Of a stretch of 64,000 nt of DNA, positions 53,198 through 64,000 are shown piece after piece. The position numbers and the translations under genes are program-made. This DNA comes from Octopus bimaculoides (Eukaryota). The stretch is taken from the NCBI RefSeq assembly GCF_001194135.2, contig NC_068982.1, forward strand, positions 23,943,726 through 24,007,725, in the 5' to 3' direction. The stretch's first letter is position 1, and each line of letters starts with the position of its first letter. Under the pieces are notes generated by a model. The model did not search any database, was not told the DNA's origin, and saw nothing but the letters and a program-made list of their open reading frames with translations.

Positions 53198-54578
53198 GTC
53201 TGTGTGTGCCTGTGTGTGTGTGTGATTAAAATTTATATTAAACACAAGACATAGTGAATATGTCTACCTGCTGTAAATAGCAGTCACAACTATTATTTAA
53301 ACCGCCGGAAAAATAACACTGATAATAAGTACAGAAATCAACCGTCCACGAATAACCGGGCCATGAAAATCATTCAACATACCTATATACCATCCGGCTA
53401 TATTTTTCTAGTATTTGGAATCACGTGGACCGGTTTCTAGACTGGTATTATAGCCTCACCTTCACAACCTGTCACGTTGAAGTCTGCGATGCACGGATTT
53501 GTTTTGCGCCAAGTCATAGCAGTCTCAGTGCAAAACTAATTCCAATAATGAGCAAATAATTCAGGAGTGAATATTTGCAAAGATGTTACTGACTCTATTA
53601 TTATCTAGGGTCATATAAGTAAATTGATAATAACAGAATTAATTACCTAAGCAATTGTAGGCCCCAAATAAGCATTAAATAGCTGAAGGATAACTATTTA
53701 TATTAATCAAAGTACATACAGAGTATGTCTTCCTGCTGGAAATAACTTTTTATTTTAACTTATATAGGCCACCTGCTCAGGGCATTAAGATCGCCCGAAA
53801 ACACTAGGAACGCTATCAAAACCTACCTAGATAACATCTCCAGTGTGTGAAATTATTAGTGGCTCATAATTATAAATTGTATATATTAAAAAAATATTTA
53901 TCTCTAACTGGATGAAAAACGTAAAAGTAAACTACACACACTCACACACATACAGAACAACAGCAAAACATAAGCTACAACATATACACTACACGAACAC
54001 TACAACACAGAAACGCATGCACACAAAACATATGCGAACATGCGTTAACGAAACTATAATATGGTTGAAAAAGAAAGTATGAGTAGAAATTAAATAGGAA
54101 CACAATGAAAGATACCTCTTTCATAGTATAAATATTTCAACCCTCGTAAACGTCGAGGCAATATACATCAGTCCATGCATCCGTCGGAATACATTATTAT
54201 ACTGTAACTTAGTATGAAGTATGTTTTTCGATAGTACCATCCGTGCGACGTAACCATTGCAAAAGTGAATGCGTATTCATAAATTTCGTCAACGGAATCG
54301 CAACGTATCTGTAATACTTTGTTTTCGTAATTCTCAAAATAATTAATCAAAATGAGTGGATAAAATACACTTAAAATACGTTTGTAATAAACATTGAAAA
54401 CTCTCAAAATCAATATTTTTACTAAAGCTTCAATCAAAATCAATAATCACCTTTATATCGAATTGTATCGGGATGGTATTTACAAAACTACATGAAGGAA
54501 ATGGTAAATAGAATATAAAAAATTCAGGCATTTATATAATCTGATATTGCTTATGCAGCACAAAGATGCAGTTTTTAC

Positions 54579-54633
<55 letters not shown>

Positions 54634-54639
54634 CATACA

Positions 54640-54673
<34 letters not shown>

Positions 54674-54729
54674 CATACATATATACTTACATACACACGT
54701 TCATATATACACACACATATATATTACAC

Positions 54730-54808
54730 GGGATCGATTTCTTCGACTATTGGTAGTGTTCGAATATGGCCGCAGTCAAATGATTGAAACTAGTAAAAGA
54801 ATAAAGGG
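54730..54808 (+). mobile_element. SINE family A, 3' tail fragment
   Basis: GATCGATTTCTTCGACTA...ATGGCCGCAGTCAAATGATTGAAACTAGTAAAAGAATAAAG. Confidence 0.65.
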
Positions 54809-56275
54809 ATAAAAGAATATAAAAGTATATATAGACATGAACAAAATGAATGTTGTATAACGTGTTATGTGTTGAAGTAGATGTAGTGAATATTAGAACC
54901 CGGAAAATGAAACAATACATTAAAAATACATTTTATTAAAACAGAACTTTCATATAAATTGCTTCCTCTGTGTATTCAGTGCTATAACTACAATATGTGT
55001 TATGGACATTACTCGGAGCTCCTCACTTCCGAATTAGAAGGAACATAGCTAAATTTGAGAACATTGAATACATTGATCGCAATAAATATACTTGTAATGA
55101 GAAATGGGAGATTTACGACACGTCAAATGGTCACTCGTTCAATAACCGAACATCATTTACAAAGCAGTTAAATATCGTTATTGTTTAGGACAAATGCCTG
55201 TAGCATGCGAAAGTGAACGTCAGAATTATTGCTGTTCTTTGTTATCAAGGTGTGGTATTTGGTAGTTGAACAGAAAGTGGAGAAAAGCTATTATTAACTG
55301 ATAGGTTCAGCGGTAACTTCGGTAGATATGCAGGAATGTATCGCAATAATTCGTAGAAATTATAGATAAATTTCGTATGCATTGTATTATATGACAATGA
55401 CAGAACTCTGAGAAGAATGCAAAACTTATAATTTCTGAAGACAAAGTACTTCGTTCTTTCATGTGTAGCAATTATGTGTGAAAATACTGGATAAGAACAA
55501 AGTAAAATACAACGCGTTTACTTCTAATACAGACATAGCAAACAGTTTTTCTTTGGGAAGAAAAAGGTGGATATTATATGCCACATATAAATAGTCACAA
55601 AGAAAATTAAACGTGTGCAGGTACTATAAGCTACTCAGCACTGATTAGTAGGTTTTAATGGAATAGTATATAGAGAATTAGAAAGTAAAACTGAATAACT
55701 TCAAAGTAATACCTTGAGACATTCGTTCAGCCGATTTGCGAGCCGCAATAACAAACACACTCAAAATAAAAGGAATTAGATTTTAAAGTAGAAAAAGGCA
55801 ATCTATAGCAACCATATAAACCTAGATAGTATTGTCACACATATCATTTTGATGAGCCACTTAGGAGTCACCTTTTTATGACCAGTACATATTCGAAGTA
55901 TATGCCCCAAAATATAAGCGGAAGAGAATAAGTACATCATTGTTCAGAAAAGAATCAAATGACCCTGAGTTACGTAAAGTCATTAAATGAGCAAAATATA
56001 ATCATTTATCATTTTAAAATAAATTTCTGGCATTTTAAACTTATGGAAAACATTCTCCTGTTGTATCGTGTACTATGCAAAGCTTCACATAATTCAACGG
56101 CATCTCACACACTAGTTAGGACGTAATGGGATTTGAAATAATTAGAGACGCTGTTTACATTGGCCGTTTTCCGTGTTCAACATTGCAAAAATTAGAATAT
56201 GTAATTTTCTTATTAATCAAAGACACACAGACATGCACACATACACGCGCGCGGGCACACATGCACACATACACT

Positions 56276-56326
<51 letters not shown>

Positions 56327-58074
56327 ATATATATATATACAGACTGACGTACGCACGTACAAGTATGAACGTGTGTGTTAGAGAATTAGAGAGAGAGAAA
56401 AGTAGGGAGAAGGGAAAAGTACACAGTACTAGACTAACAGAGTTGAAGGAAAGTTAAACAGCCGATTCATATACTACATTCTGAAAAAGATAAAGGGATT
56501 TTATGAGTAAACGAAGTCCTTGTGGGGTTCCGTTAAAATTTAGCTGTAGTATAATTAGGTGGAATACTTTCTAGCAGTTTTAAGTTTTATCAGTAATAGT
56601 ATGATTGTGTGGGCACGTATGCGAGAGCGTTTCTTTCGAAATATTCGAGATAAAGGCGTATAATATATGAGGATATATGCCAATTCCCCTGAATAGTATT
56701 GTTTATTATACAGCAACAGAATGCTAAACATTATCTCATGAATTTAGTGCACAATCTATCTATTGCTTGCACCTGCGTCATGACAAACACACGAAGAAAG
56801 CTTGTTAGTGCCATCTGGATATAATGACATACTGAATGCATCGACCTTTAGCTAAGTCAACTACCTTCAGATACCTGTCTACTTGAGTTTTCCTGTCATT
56901 AGTGCTGCTTCTTTTCTTCAGGCTGTGGTCAAAATTCATTACATCTGATTCGATTCCATATTTATAAGAATTTCAGGTCAATGAAGACTAATGCATTTAT
57001 TATGCATCTTCCCTTATACAAGTTAAACTTCTTTAGCCAGTCTTCTTGGTGATTTTTCGGGGATGGAGGCACAACATTCCTCTTCAGCTGTTCTGATTTT
57101 TAGTGTATTTTGTGTATATATGAAGTAGATTTGCGTTTGCAAATGTATATGAAGTAATACATGTTGAAATTATATGAACACTTACCGCGTGTTCAGGAGT
57201 GAATGAATTTTAGCGATCGAAGTTACTTATATGCTCATATGCGTTTGTATATATTTGTTGAGTAACATATGAATTCATAGTATTGAGTGACTATCACAGA
57301 AAGGTCCTCCGGCGTACTCGAATAACAGACCACATATTAAACTAATACAAACGAGCACAAAGCAGAGTTTTATGCAGATGAAATCCAGGAGATCCTTCAA
57401 TGAAATTATGTTATAAGAATTATATAAACCATAGAAGCCATGATGATTAGAGATGAATATATTTAACCGCTAGTCATCCTTATGATTACGGCAGTTCGCA
57501 GCCTTGTTCGGGTAATCATTATTTCTGTACATGATTAATTATGTTTAAATGTCTGCACTAACATGCATGCAACACATTATACAATACAAATGTATCAATG
57601 TAGATAAAGAACGTAAGCTCACCAGATCAACAGAATATCAAAGTTACACCAACAATTCACTCTAAGTACACATGCAAGTGTATCTTCCCTTTTTACATAC
57701 AGTGTATAGAAGGCTGGGAGTAGATAAACTTAGCTAGCAATGGTCAGTGAAGAAATAAAAATATGTTGCTTCATATCAAAGTAGTAGATCTCATTTCAGG
57801 GAATTAGCTATCCTAAATATTAACACAGAACACGGGGAGAAAGAGTAAGGTAAATTATATTAAATATAAACAAAAGTACATAGTCTTCAAAATTATATAA
57901 GTATATATACAAAATTTAACAACAAAAAAATCAACCGGAAAGACAATGCTGGAGATATAAACATTATGCTAATTGATAGTAATGAACAACAATAAATTCC
58001 AAATAAGACGATCATGCTAATTCATGATTGAACTGAATTAGATTAAATTAATTAATTATATATATATATATATA

Positions 58075-58222
58075 TGTACTCTTCAGAGCAGGAAGTATAA
58101 ACAAAATACTTATTTTATCGTGTACCGAAAAGATAAAGGAGGCCTTGGCGGAATTTGAACTCAGAGACCCACATCAATGCTGTGAAGCTTTCACGCTGCC
58201 TGTTAACGACTCTGCCTGCTTG
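58075..58222 (-). mobile_element. SINE family C, partial copy
   Basis: TACTTATTTTATCG..CCGAAAAGATAAAGGAGGCCTTGGCGGAATTTGAACTCAGA...TGTTAACGACTCTGCCTGCT. Confidence 0.65.
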
Positions 58223-58420
58223 ACATCTTATTGAATAAGAAATAATATTACTTGAGAGTTGTTTTACGTACTTTTGGCATATTTAGCTTACGAAACTTTT
58301 TTTTTTTTTTTTTCATTTTCAATATTTTTTTGAAAAGATTAGCTTCACGACACTCGCCTTGATGAGGTCTATCATATGAGCTAAAGAAAAACACATTTTT
58401 TGAAAAAAACAAAATGGAGT

Positions 58421-59116
58421 NNNNNNNNNNNNNNNNNNNNNNNNNNNNNNNNNNNNNNNNNNNNNNNNNNNNNNNNNNNNNNNNNNNNNNNNNNNNNNNN
58501 NNNNNNNNNNNNNNNNNNNNNNNNNNNNNNNNNNNNNNNNNNNNNNNNNNNNNNNNNNNNNNNNNNNNNNNNNNNNNNNNNNNNNNNNNNNNNNNNNNNN
58601 NNNNNNNNNNNNNNNNNNNNNNNNNNNNNNNNNNNNNNNNNNNNNNNNNNNNNNNNNNNNNNNNNNNNNNNNNNNNNNNNNNNNNNNNNNNNNNNNNNNN
58701 NNNNNNNNNNNNNNNNNNNNNNNNNNNNNNNNNNNNNNNNNNNNNNNNNNNNNNNNNNNNNNNNNNNNNNNNNNNNNNNNNNNNNNNNNNNNNNNNNNNN
58801 NNNNNNNNNNNNNNNNNNNNNNNNNNNNNNNNNNNNNNNNNNNNNNNNNNNNNNNNNNNNNNNNNNNNNNNNNNNNNNNNNNNNNNNNNNNNNNNNNNNN
58901 NNNNNNNNNNNNNNNNNNNNNNNNNNNNNNNNNNNNNNNNNNNNNNNNNNNNNNNNNNNNNNNNNNNNNNNNNNNNNNNNNNNNNNNNNNNNNNNNNNNN
59001 NNNNNNNNNNNNNNNNNNNNNNNNNNNNNNNNNNNNNNNNNNNNNNNNNNNNNNNNNNNNNNNNNNNNNNNNNNNNNNNNNNNNNNNNNNNNNNNNNNNN
59101 NNNNNNNNNNNNNNNN
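58421..59116. other. Assembly gap (N run), the largest in the window
   Basis: Run of N. The X-filled ORFs spanning it are artefacts. Confidence 0.99.
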
Positions 59117-59211
59117 TATATGGGAGAATATACAAATAATAACAACATACGAGGACAGGTGGTGTAAATAACAAAAGTATATATTAGTATGACGCTCGGG
59201 AATACGGAAAG

Positions 59212-59248
59212 TCTTTGACGTTTCGAGCTACGCTCTTCAACAGAAAGA
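59212..59248 (-). ncRNA. Minimal type-I hammerhead-like motif (Penelope pLTR type), core variant CUGUUGA
   Basis: The minus strand reads TCTTT-CTGTTGA-A-GAGC-GTA-GCTC-GAAAC-GTC-AAAGA: a perfect 5-bp stem I, a perfect 4-bp stem II, palindromic ACGT in place of stem III, and a GUC triplet. Confidence 0.65.
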
Positions 59249-60776
59249 ATACGGAGACAAGGAGAAAAACACGGAGAAAAAAACTGTATAAGCGTGTATT
59301 CATGTGTCTGTGTGTGTGAGTGTGAATGTGTGTGCGGTTGTGTGTGGTGTGTGTGCGTGTGTGTGTGTTTGCACGTGTCTTTGTGCGCCAGTGTACGTAA
59401 GCCTTCAACTGACTATCAGAAAATGTTGATATTAGGTAATCGCAATGCAACTGTGCCAAATTTATCGAGAGAAGCGGGACTGCAAAACTTTTTGACACAG
59501 TAATGGATGAGCGAGATTTGTACTGAGACAATTATAAATCGAGGAAAATGGAGAGAAATCGAAGGAGAAAGTCAAAGAGAACGAAAGAGATAAAGCGAAA
59601 TAGAGTGAGGTGGTAGGGTTAATTATGCTACAATAATTTGTAAGGTATTATTGTTATTTGAAAATTCATTTCATTCGCTGGGACTGACCTGAATGGCAAG
59701 TACATGTGAATGTATAGTGGAAAGGAAATTACTTTTAATGTAGACTCATGGAATGATAATTTGGCTACTTTCACAGAAACTATGAGTTCATAATCTAGAA
59801 ATCTAAAAAAAAGAAGTTGTGAGTTGTTGATATTTCTAAAGAAAATACAGATTTCTCACCTCGATAAAATATATTGCAACTCTTCAATTCAAATCACAGT
59901 AAAACTTTTCCGGCTACGTATAATTATGCTACTTGTATAACATTTTATATATTTCCGAACTGCTAAAGTGATTTTGTTTTTTGTTTTCTCAGTCCACCTA
60001 ACGCCCACCATATAAGATTAAAATTATATACGAAGTTTTCCTTTCTGTTCTAATTTTATACTTTTGTATTTCTTCCTCCGTTTCCTCTCTTTAATATATA
60101 TAGTGCTGATAGTTTCTCCACACTGTCTTTTCTGAAATACAGTAAGAATTAAGAGAAGAATGCTGAAAAACGGTTACAATGGCAATTATAAATCGGTTAA
60201 ACGTACGAATCCAAAAGAAACATATAGATTCTATAAAAATAGTCTTAAGTTCTCGTAGTTATTAGCTACACGTTACAGAGGGAAACAGAAAAGAATATAT
60301 GACGTGTGAAAATCAATATACATATATACATATATACATACATATACACACATACACACGCACATATATATTATATATATCTATATATATATATAAAACA
60401 ATACCTAGGAGAAAACACATAAGTCACGCACAAACACAGGTACACATAGACACTGACACTCTCATAGACACACGAACATATACATTTACTCGCACGTGTA
60501 CACTTTATTATGGGTGGAAGTTTTCGAAATGAGTTCCTGCAAATTGAACAGTATCTATGCTTGGAGAAATCTATTTGAAGTAGCATAGGAATGTACGGAT
60601 GCAACTCATAACAATCGATACTGTAACCAAAAAAAAAAACAAGTAGCACTATGCACTGTCAATGAAATTACCACACGATGCATATATTTCCAACTATGTA
60701 TTGGTTTAGTAGTACACTTTTATGGGAACTACAACTGCAAATTTTCTTGTATAAAATTCCTAAACAGATATTCACT

Positions 60777-60810
<34 letters not shown>

Positions 60811-60815
60811 CACAT

Positions 60816-60869
<54 letters not shown>

Positions 60870-60914
60870 GCACCCACACACACTTATATGTGAATATATA
60901 TATATATGGATTTA

Positions 60915-61466
60915 TAATTCAAAAAGTTCGTTATAGGTAAAAAGATACCGTAAACAATTATGAAAATGGAGAAAAGATGTTAAAAATCGAAATTGGATTT
61001 AATACATACGAACGTTTCAAAAGACAAAACACATATGAAATAAAAGATTATAATAATAATCATTATAATTAAAGATATGTATTGTCATTCTCATCAGTGT
61101 GAAGATTTTAAGGGAGAACTTCAAAACGTTAATAATGAAAATTAATAAGGAAAAACAAATGGAGAAATACGGAAAATTCAACCGGATATTTACAAATAAG
61201 TTGTAAAAGGAAAAAAAATATCAGAGAAACGAAAAAGAAAGACATATCAATCTATATGCATGTTTATCTGTGCAAAGAAATCTATAACTGAATATGTCTA
61301 ACGGATATTTTGTTTTTTAAATATTATTATAATTTTTCCTTACATATTCGTATTGTTTTTTGAAAGGTTCGTATGTATTAAATCAAATTTTGATTTTTTT
61401 AACATCTTTTCTCCATTTTTGTACTTATTTATGTTATCTTTATACCAATAACGAACTTTTTCAATT
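60915..61466. repeat. ~550-bp AT-rich foldback / MITE-like inverted repeat (arms ~150 bp)
   Basis: GGAGAAAAGATGTTAAAAATCGAAATTGGATTTAATACATACGAACGTTTCAAAAG pairs with TTTTGAAAGGTTCGTATGTATTAAATCAAATTTTGATTTTTTTAACATCTTTTTCTCC, and AAAAAGTTCGTTA pairs with TAACGAACTTTTT. Confidence 0.85.
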
Positions 61467-61589
61467 GTTATTTTCATATTATTATTACTTGCTCTGGCTG
61501 ATTTTATGAATATGATGTATTTTTATCGGAAATTACTTTCTCTGTTTTTGGACTCCCTAAAAAGTTTGAATTGTTCTATCTGAACATAC

Positions 61590-63320
61590 ATTTTTTTCAC
61601 AATTTTTTCTGGGCAGCCTATTTTACTTAGGATTAGCCACAGCGCATTTCGATTAATAATTACGAATCTCTTGGTGAAATCAAGAAAGCAATGGTATTGT
61701 GTAAGATTCTATCAAATGCAATTTATCCTGAAATTGCCTGATACTAAAGATACAATCAACTGTGCGAAAAACACATTGAGACTCAGACATTATATTTGGA
61801 ACTATGAAGGTATTTAAACGTTATAACAGAATGCGGGCAAGTACCTTTTCAATTACAGACGGGAAGCAAAATCCTACGAAAATTACCACATAGATCATTT
61901 GGCTGATTTATATAAGGAAACTAAAATGATATCAATTCAGTCTTGAGACACTTTCTTAGTTCTCGAACAGTGACAAATTAATATGTTAAAGAGATCAAGC
62001 ATTTTCTCATCCCCATATTTCAAGACCCCTGCACAGATTCCAACAAAACCTGGAGACTTATTGTTATTCAACATATTCACAGCTAAATAAATATCATTTA
62101 GTGTTGGCTGTAATGCCATCTCCTCTATTACTGGAAGCTGTTTGATTTTTCCTATCATCCTCATTTCAACGGATGATGGTCTATTGAAAAGTACAGAAAA
62201 ATGTTCTACCTAGCGCTTATGAATAGAAGCAGTATCAGTCAAAAGCAAATGGTCTTTTGCTGTTCTCACAGGAGCTATTGAATAAGACTTTGGGCCATAT
62301 ACCTCCTTAACATAAGAGTACAAACACACGGCGTCATTTCTGTGAGCTACCTCTTGCGCCCCTTTTGCTCTGTCATTCCACCATTTCTATTTAATTTTCC
62401 TTAGAACTGTCTGTACTTTCTCTTTCAGCTTACTGTAAGCTTCGTTTCAGTCGTAGTTCCAGGTTTGAGAAAGAAGTGTATTGACTAAATTTTGTTTTTT
62501 CTAAAATTAGATCATGAATTTCTGGTGATTTGTCTGAAAACTAGTCACTGGACGTACGCGATTTGAATACCACTGCAGAACATGCTATCTGAAAAGTTTT
62601 TGTTTTGAAATATTCCCATATATTGTTTGGATCAAAATTGATATTTTCTATAGCATTGTGGAATCTTTGCAAGTTGCTTGCTAATTTGAAGTTTTCAACA
62701 TTTAACTTTTTCGGTAACTTAGGACCAAAATGTCGACTTTTAGGCTTTATCAAAACATTCCTTTTTCCACTAAATAGACGATGGTCAGTTAAGCTCTCTG
62801 CTCTTCTCATTGCCCGAAGACTCGAAACATCTTTCATATCACGCTTTCTGATCAAAATCTAATCTATGAGATGCTAGTCGTTAGATCTTGGGTGAATGCA
62901 AGTGGTTTTATATTTATTTATTTTTTTTTGTTGCTTAAACAGAGTGCTGGTAGTAACCACATCATTCTTAGTACAAAGCGTCAAAAGAGCTACGCCATTT
63001 TTATTACATTTTCCAATCCCGAAACATGGCCTAAAACAGGCCATGAAAGATAGCCATTTCATCTTGCGTTGAAATTTCCCAATATGACCAGCTTTTCAGA
63101 ATTTGGTACTTTCCTCAATAATTGTTCTAGATCATCATAATACTGTCCCATAGTTTCATCAGACTGAGACATTGCTGGTGCATAAATACTCACAACGATA
63201 GTAGTTCTTTCAAATGAACACTTGGAAATTATGCAATGGAAGATACTAATGAATTCTTGAGAGCAAACCCAACACCAGATTCTCTACGCTGACTCTCTGG
63301 TAGGCCTCTACAGAAGATAG
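61590..63320 (-). mobile_element. RTE-clade (BovB-like) LINE remnant: APE endonuclease, linker and start of the reverse transcriptase
   Basis: FGIGKCNKNGVALLTLCTKNDVVTTSTLFKQ..KYKTTCIHPRS, IRKRDMKDV..LRAMRRAESLTDHRL, PTLNDIYLAVNMLNNNKSPG..GI.A.VLKYG and FLDFTKRF..INRNALWLILSKIGCP appear in colinear order with frameshifts. Confidence 0.9.
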
Positions 63321-63373
63321 TATATTCCTAAGTAGGTTCATTTATTTGCAATGACAGCCCCTCCATGCTACTG

Positions 63374-63414
<41 letters not shown>

Positions 63415-64000
63415 GCAGCGGCGGTAGTAGTAGTATTAGTAGTAGTAGTAGTATTTTTCTAATATAGCAATGTAGTATTTTTATAGGGATACATATTTAA
63501 GCTCTTTCTTGCCGATTAGCGTGGACATCTTTGAACAAAACATACTGTTTTCTCTTTTCTCATTAATTCACCACCCAGAGAACTGTATCTTACAGCTTGC
63601 TTACATTGTTCGCATAACCGCTAACAACCGCCCCCATAATCACTACTATATCAACCAAACAGCTTGTGTGAGTTGCTGCTTACTGCAAGGATGTTTCTTT
63701 AGGCAACAGCCCCAAAATAAAATTAAGTATATATATATATATATATATATATTTTTGTTTTATGGCAGTATTAACTCCTATAACTCACACGCTATTAGTC
63801 AGCTCGCTCTGGTGTGCTATTAATCGTTCTTGTTCGCTACTGGTAGCATGTAACCCGGTAGAAGCTGTTACATGGTCTGGTCGTCGGTGACTAAACTGGC
63901 AACAGCATCAAGCTTGCTTGATGAGGCGGTAATTGTTGGTCACCCTGGTGGACGAAAAATAAGACCCGTCAAAACGTGGAGGAAGTGATGAGTAGTCAAC

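Noticed and set aside
58248-59174. 240-308-aa ORFs
   Set aside because: They are artefacts of reading through the N-gap.
44700-63320. All three retroelement remnants lie on the minus strand, hinting at an intron of a plus-strand gene
   Set aside because: Three elements are too few to show an orientation bias.

Overview
This is AT-rich, microsatellite-saturated eukaryotic non-coding DNA with about 14 N-gaps, most of them at simple repeats, as expected of a short-read assembly. The SINE families and repeat landscape resemble an octopod cephalopod (Octopus-like); this is recognised from memory, not searched. No intact host protein-coding gene, rRNA, tRNA or CRISPR array is supportable, and nearly all listed ORFs are microsatellite translations. 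Recognisable content is decayed transposons: two mariner transposases, a DUF4817-type Tc1/mariner N-terminus, a Chapaev3-type transposase, a Penelope GIY-YIG endonuclease, a Helitron helicase fragment and two RTE-clade LINE remnants, plus many tRNA-derived SINEs. The most interesting signals are structural. Several minimal type-I hammerhead-ribozyme-like motifs (5798-5846, 9132-9207, 59212-59248) fit Penelope-type terminal repeats, and one lies inside a ~600-bp foldback element flanked by (TA)n. There is also a second ~550-bp foldback, and a ~490-bp module of direct repeats plus a long hairpin embedded in (TA)n. I found no convincing new multi-gene system.
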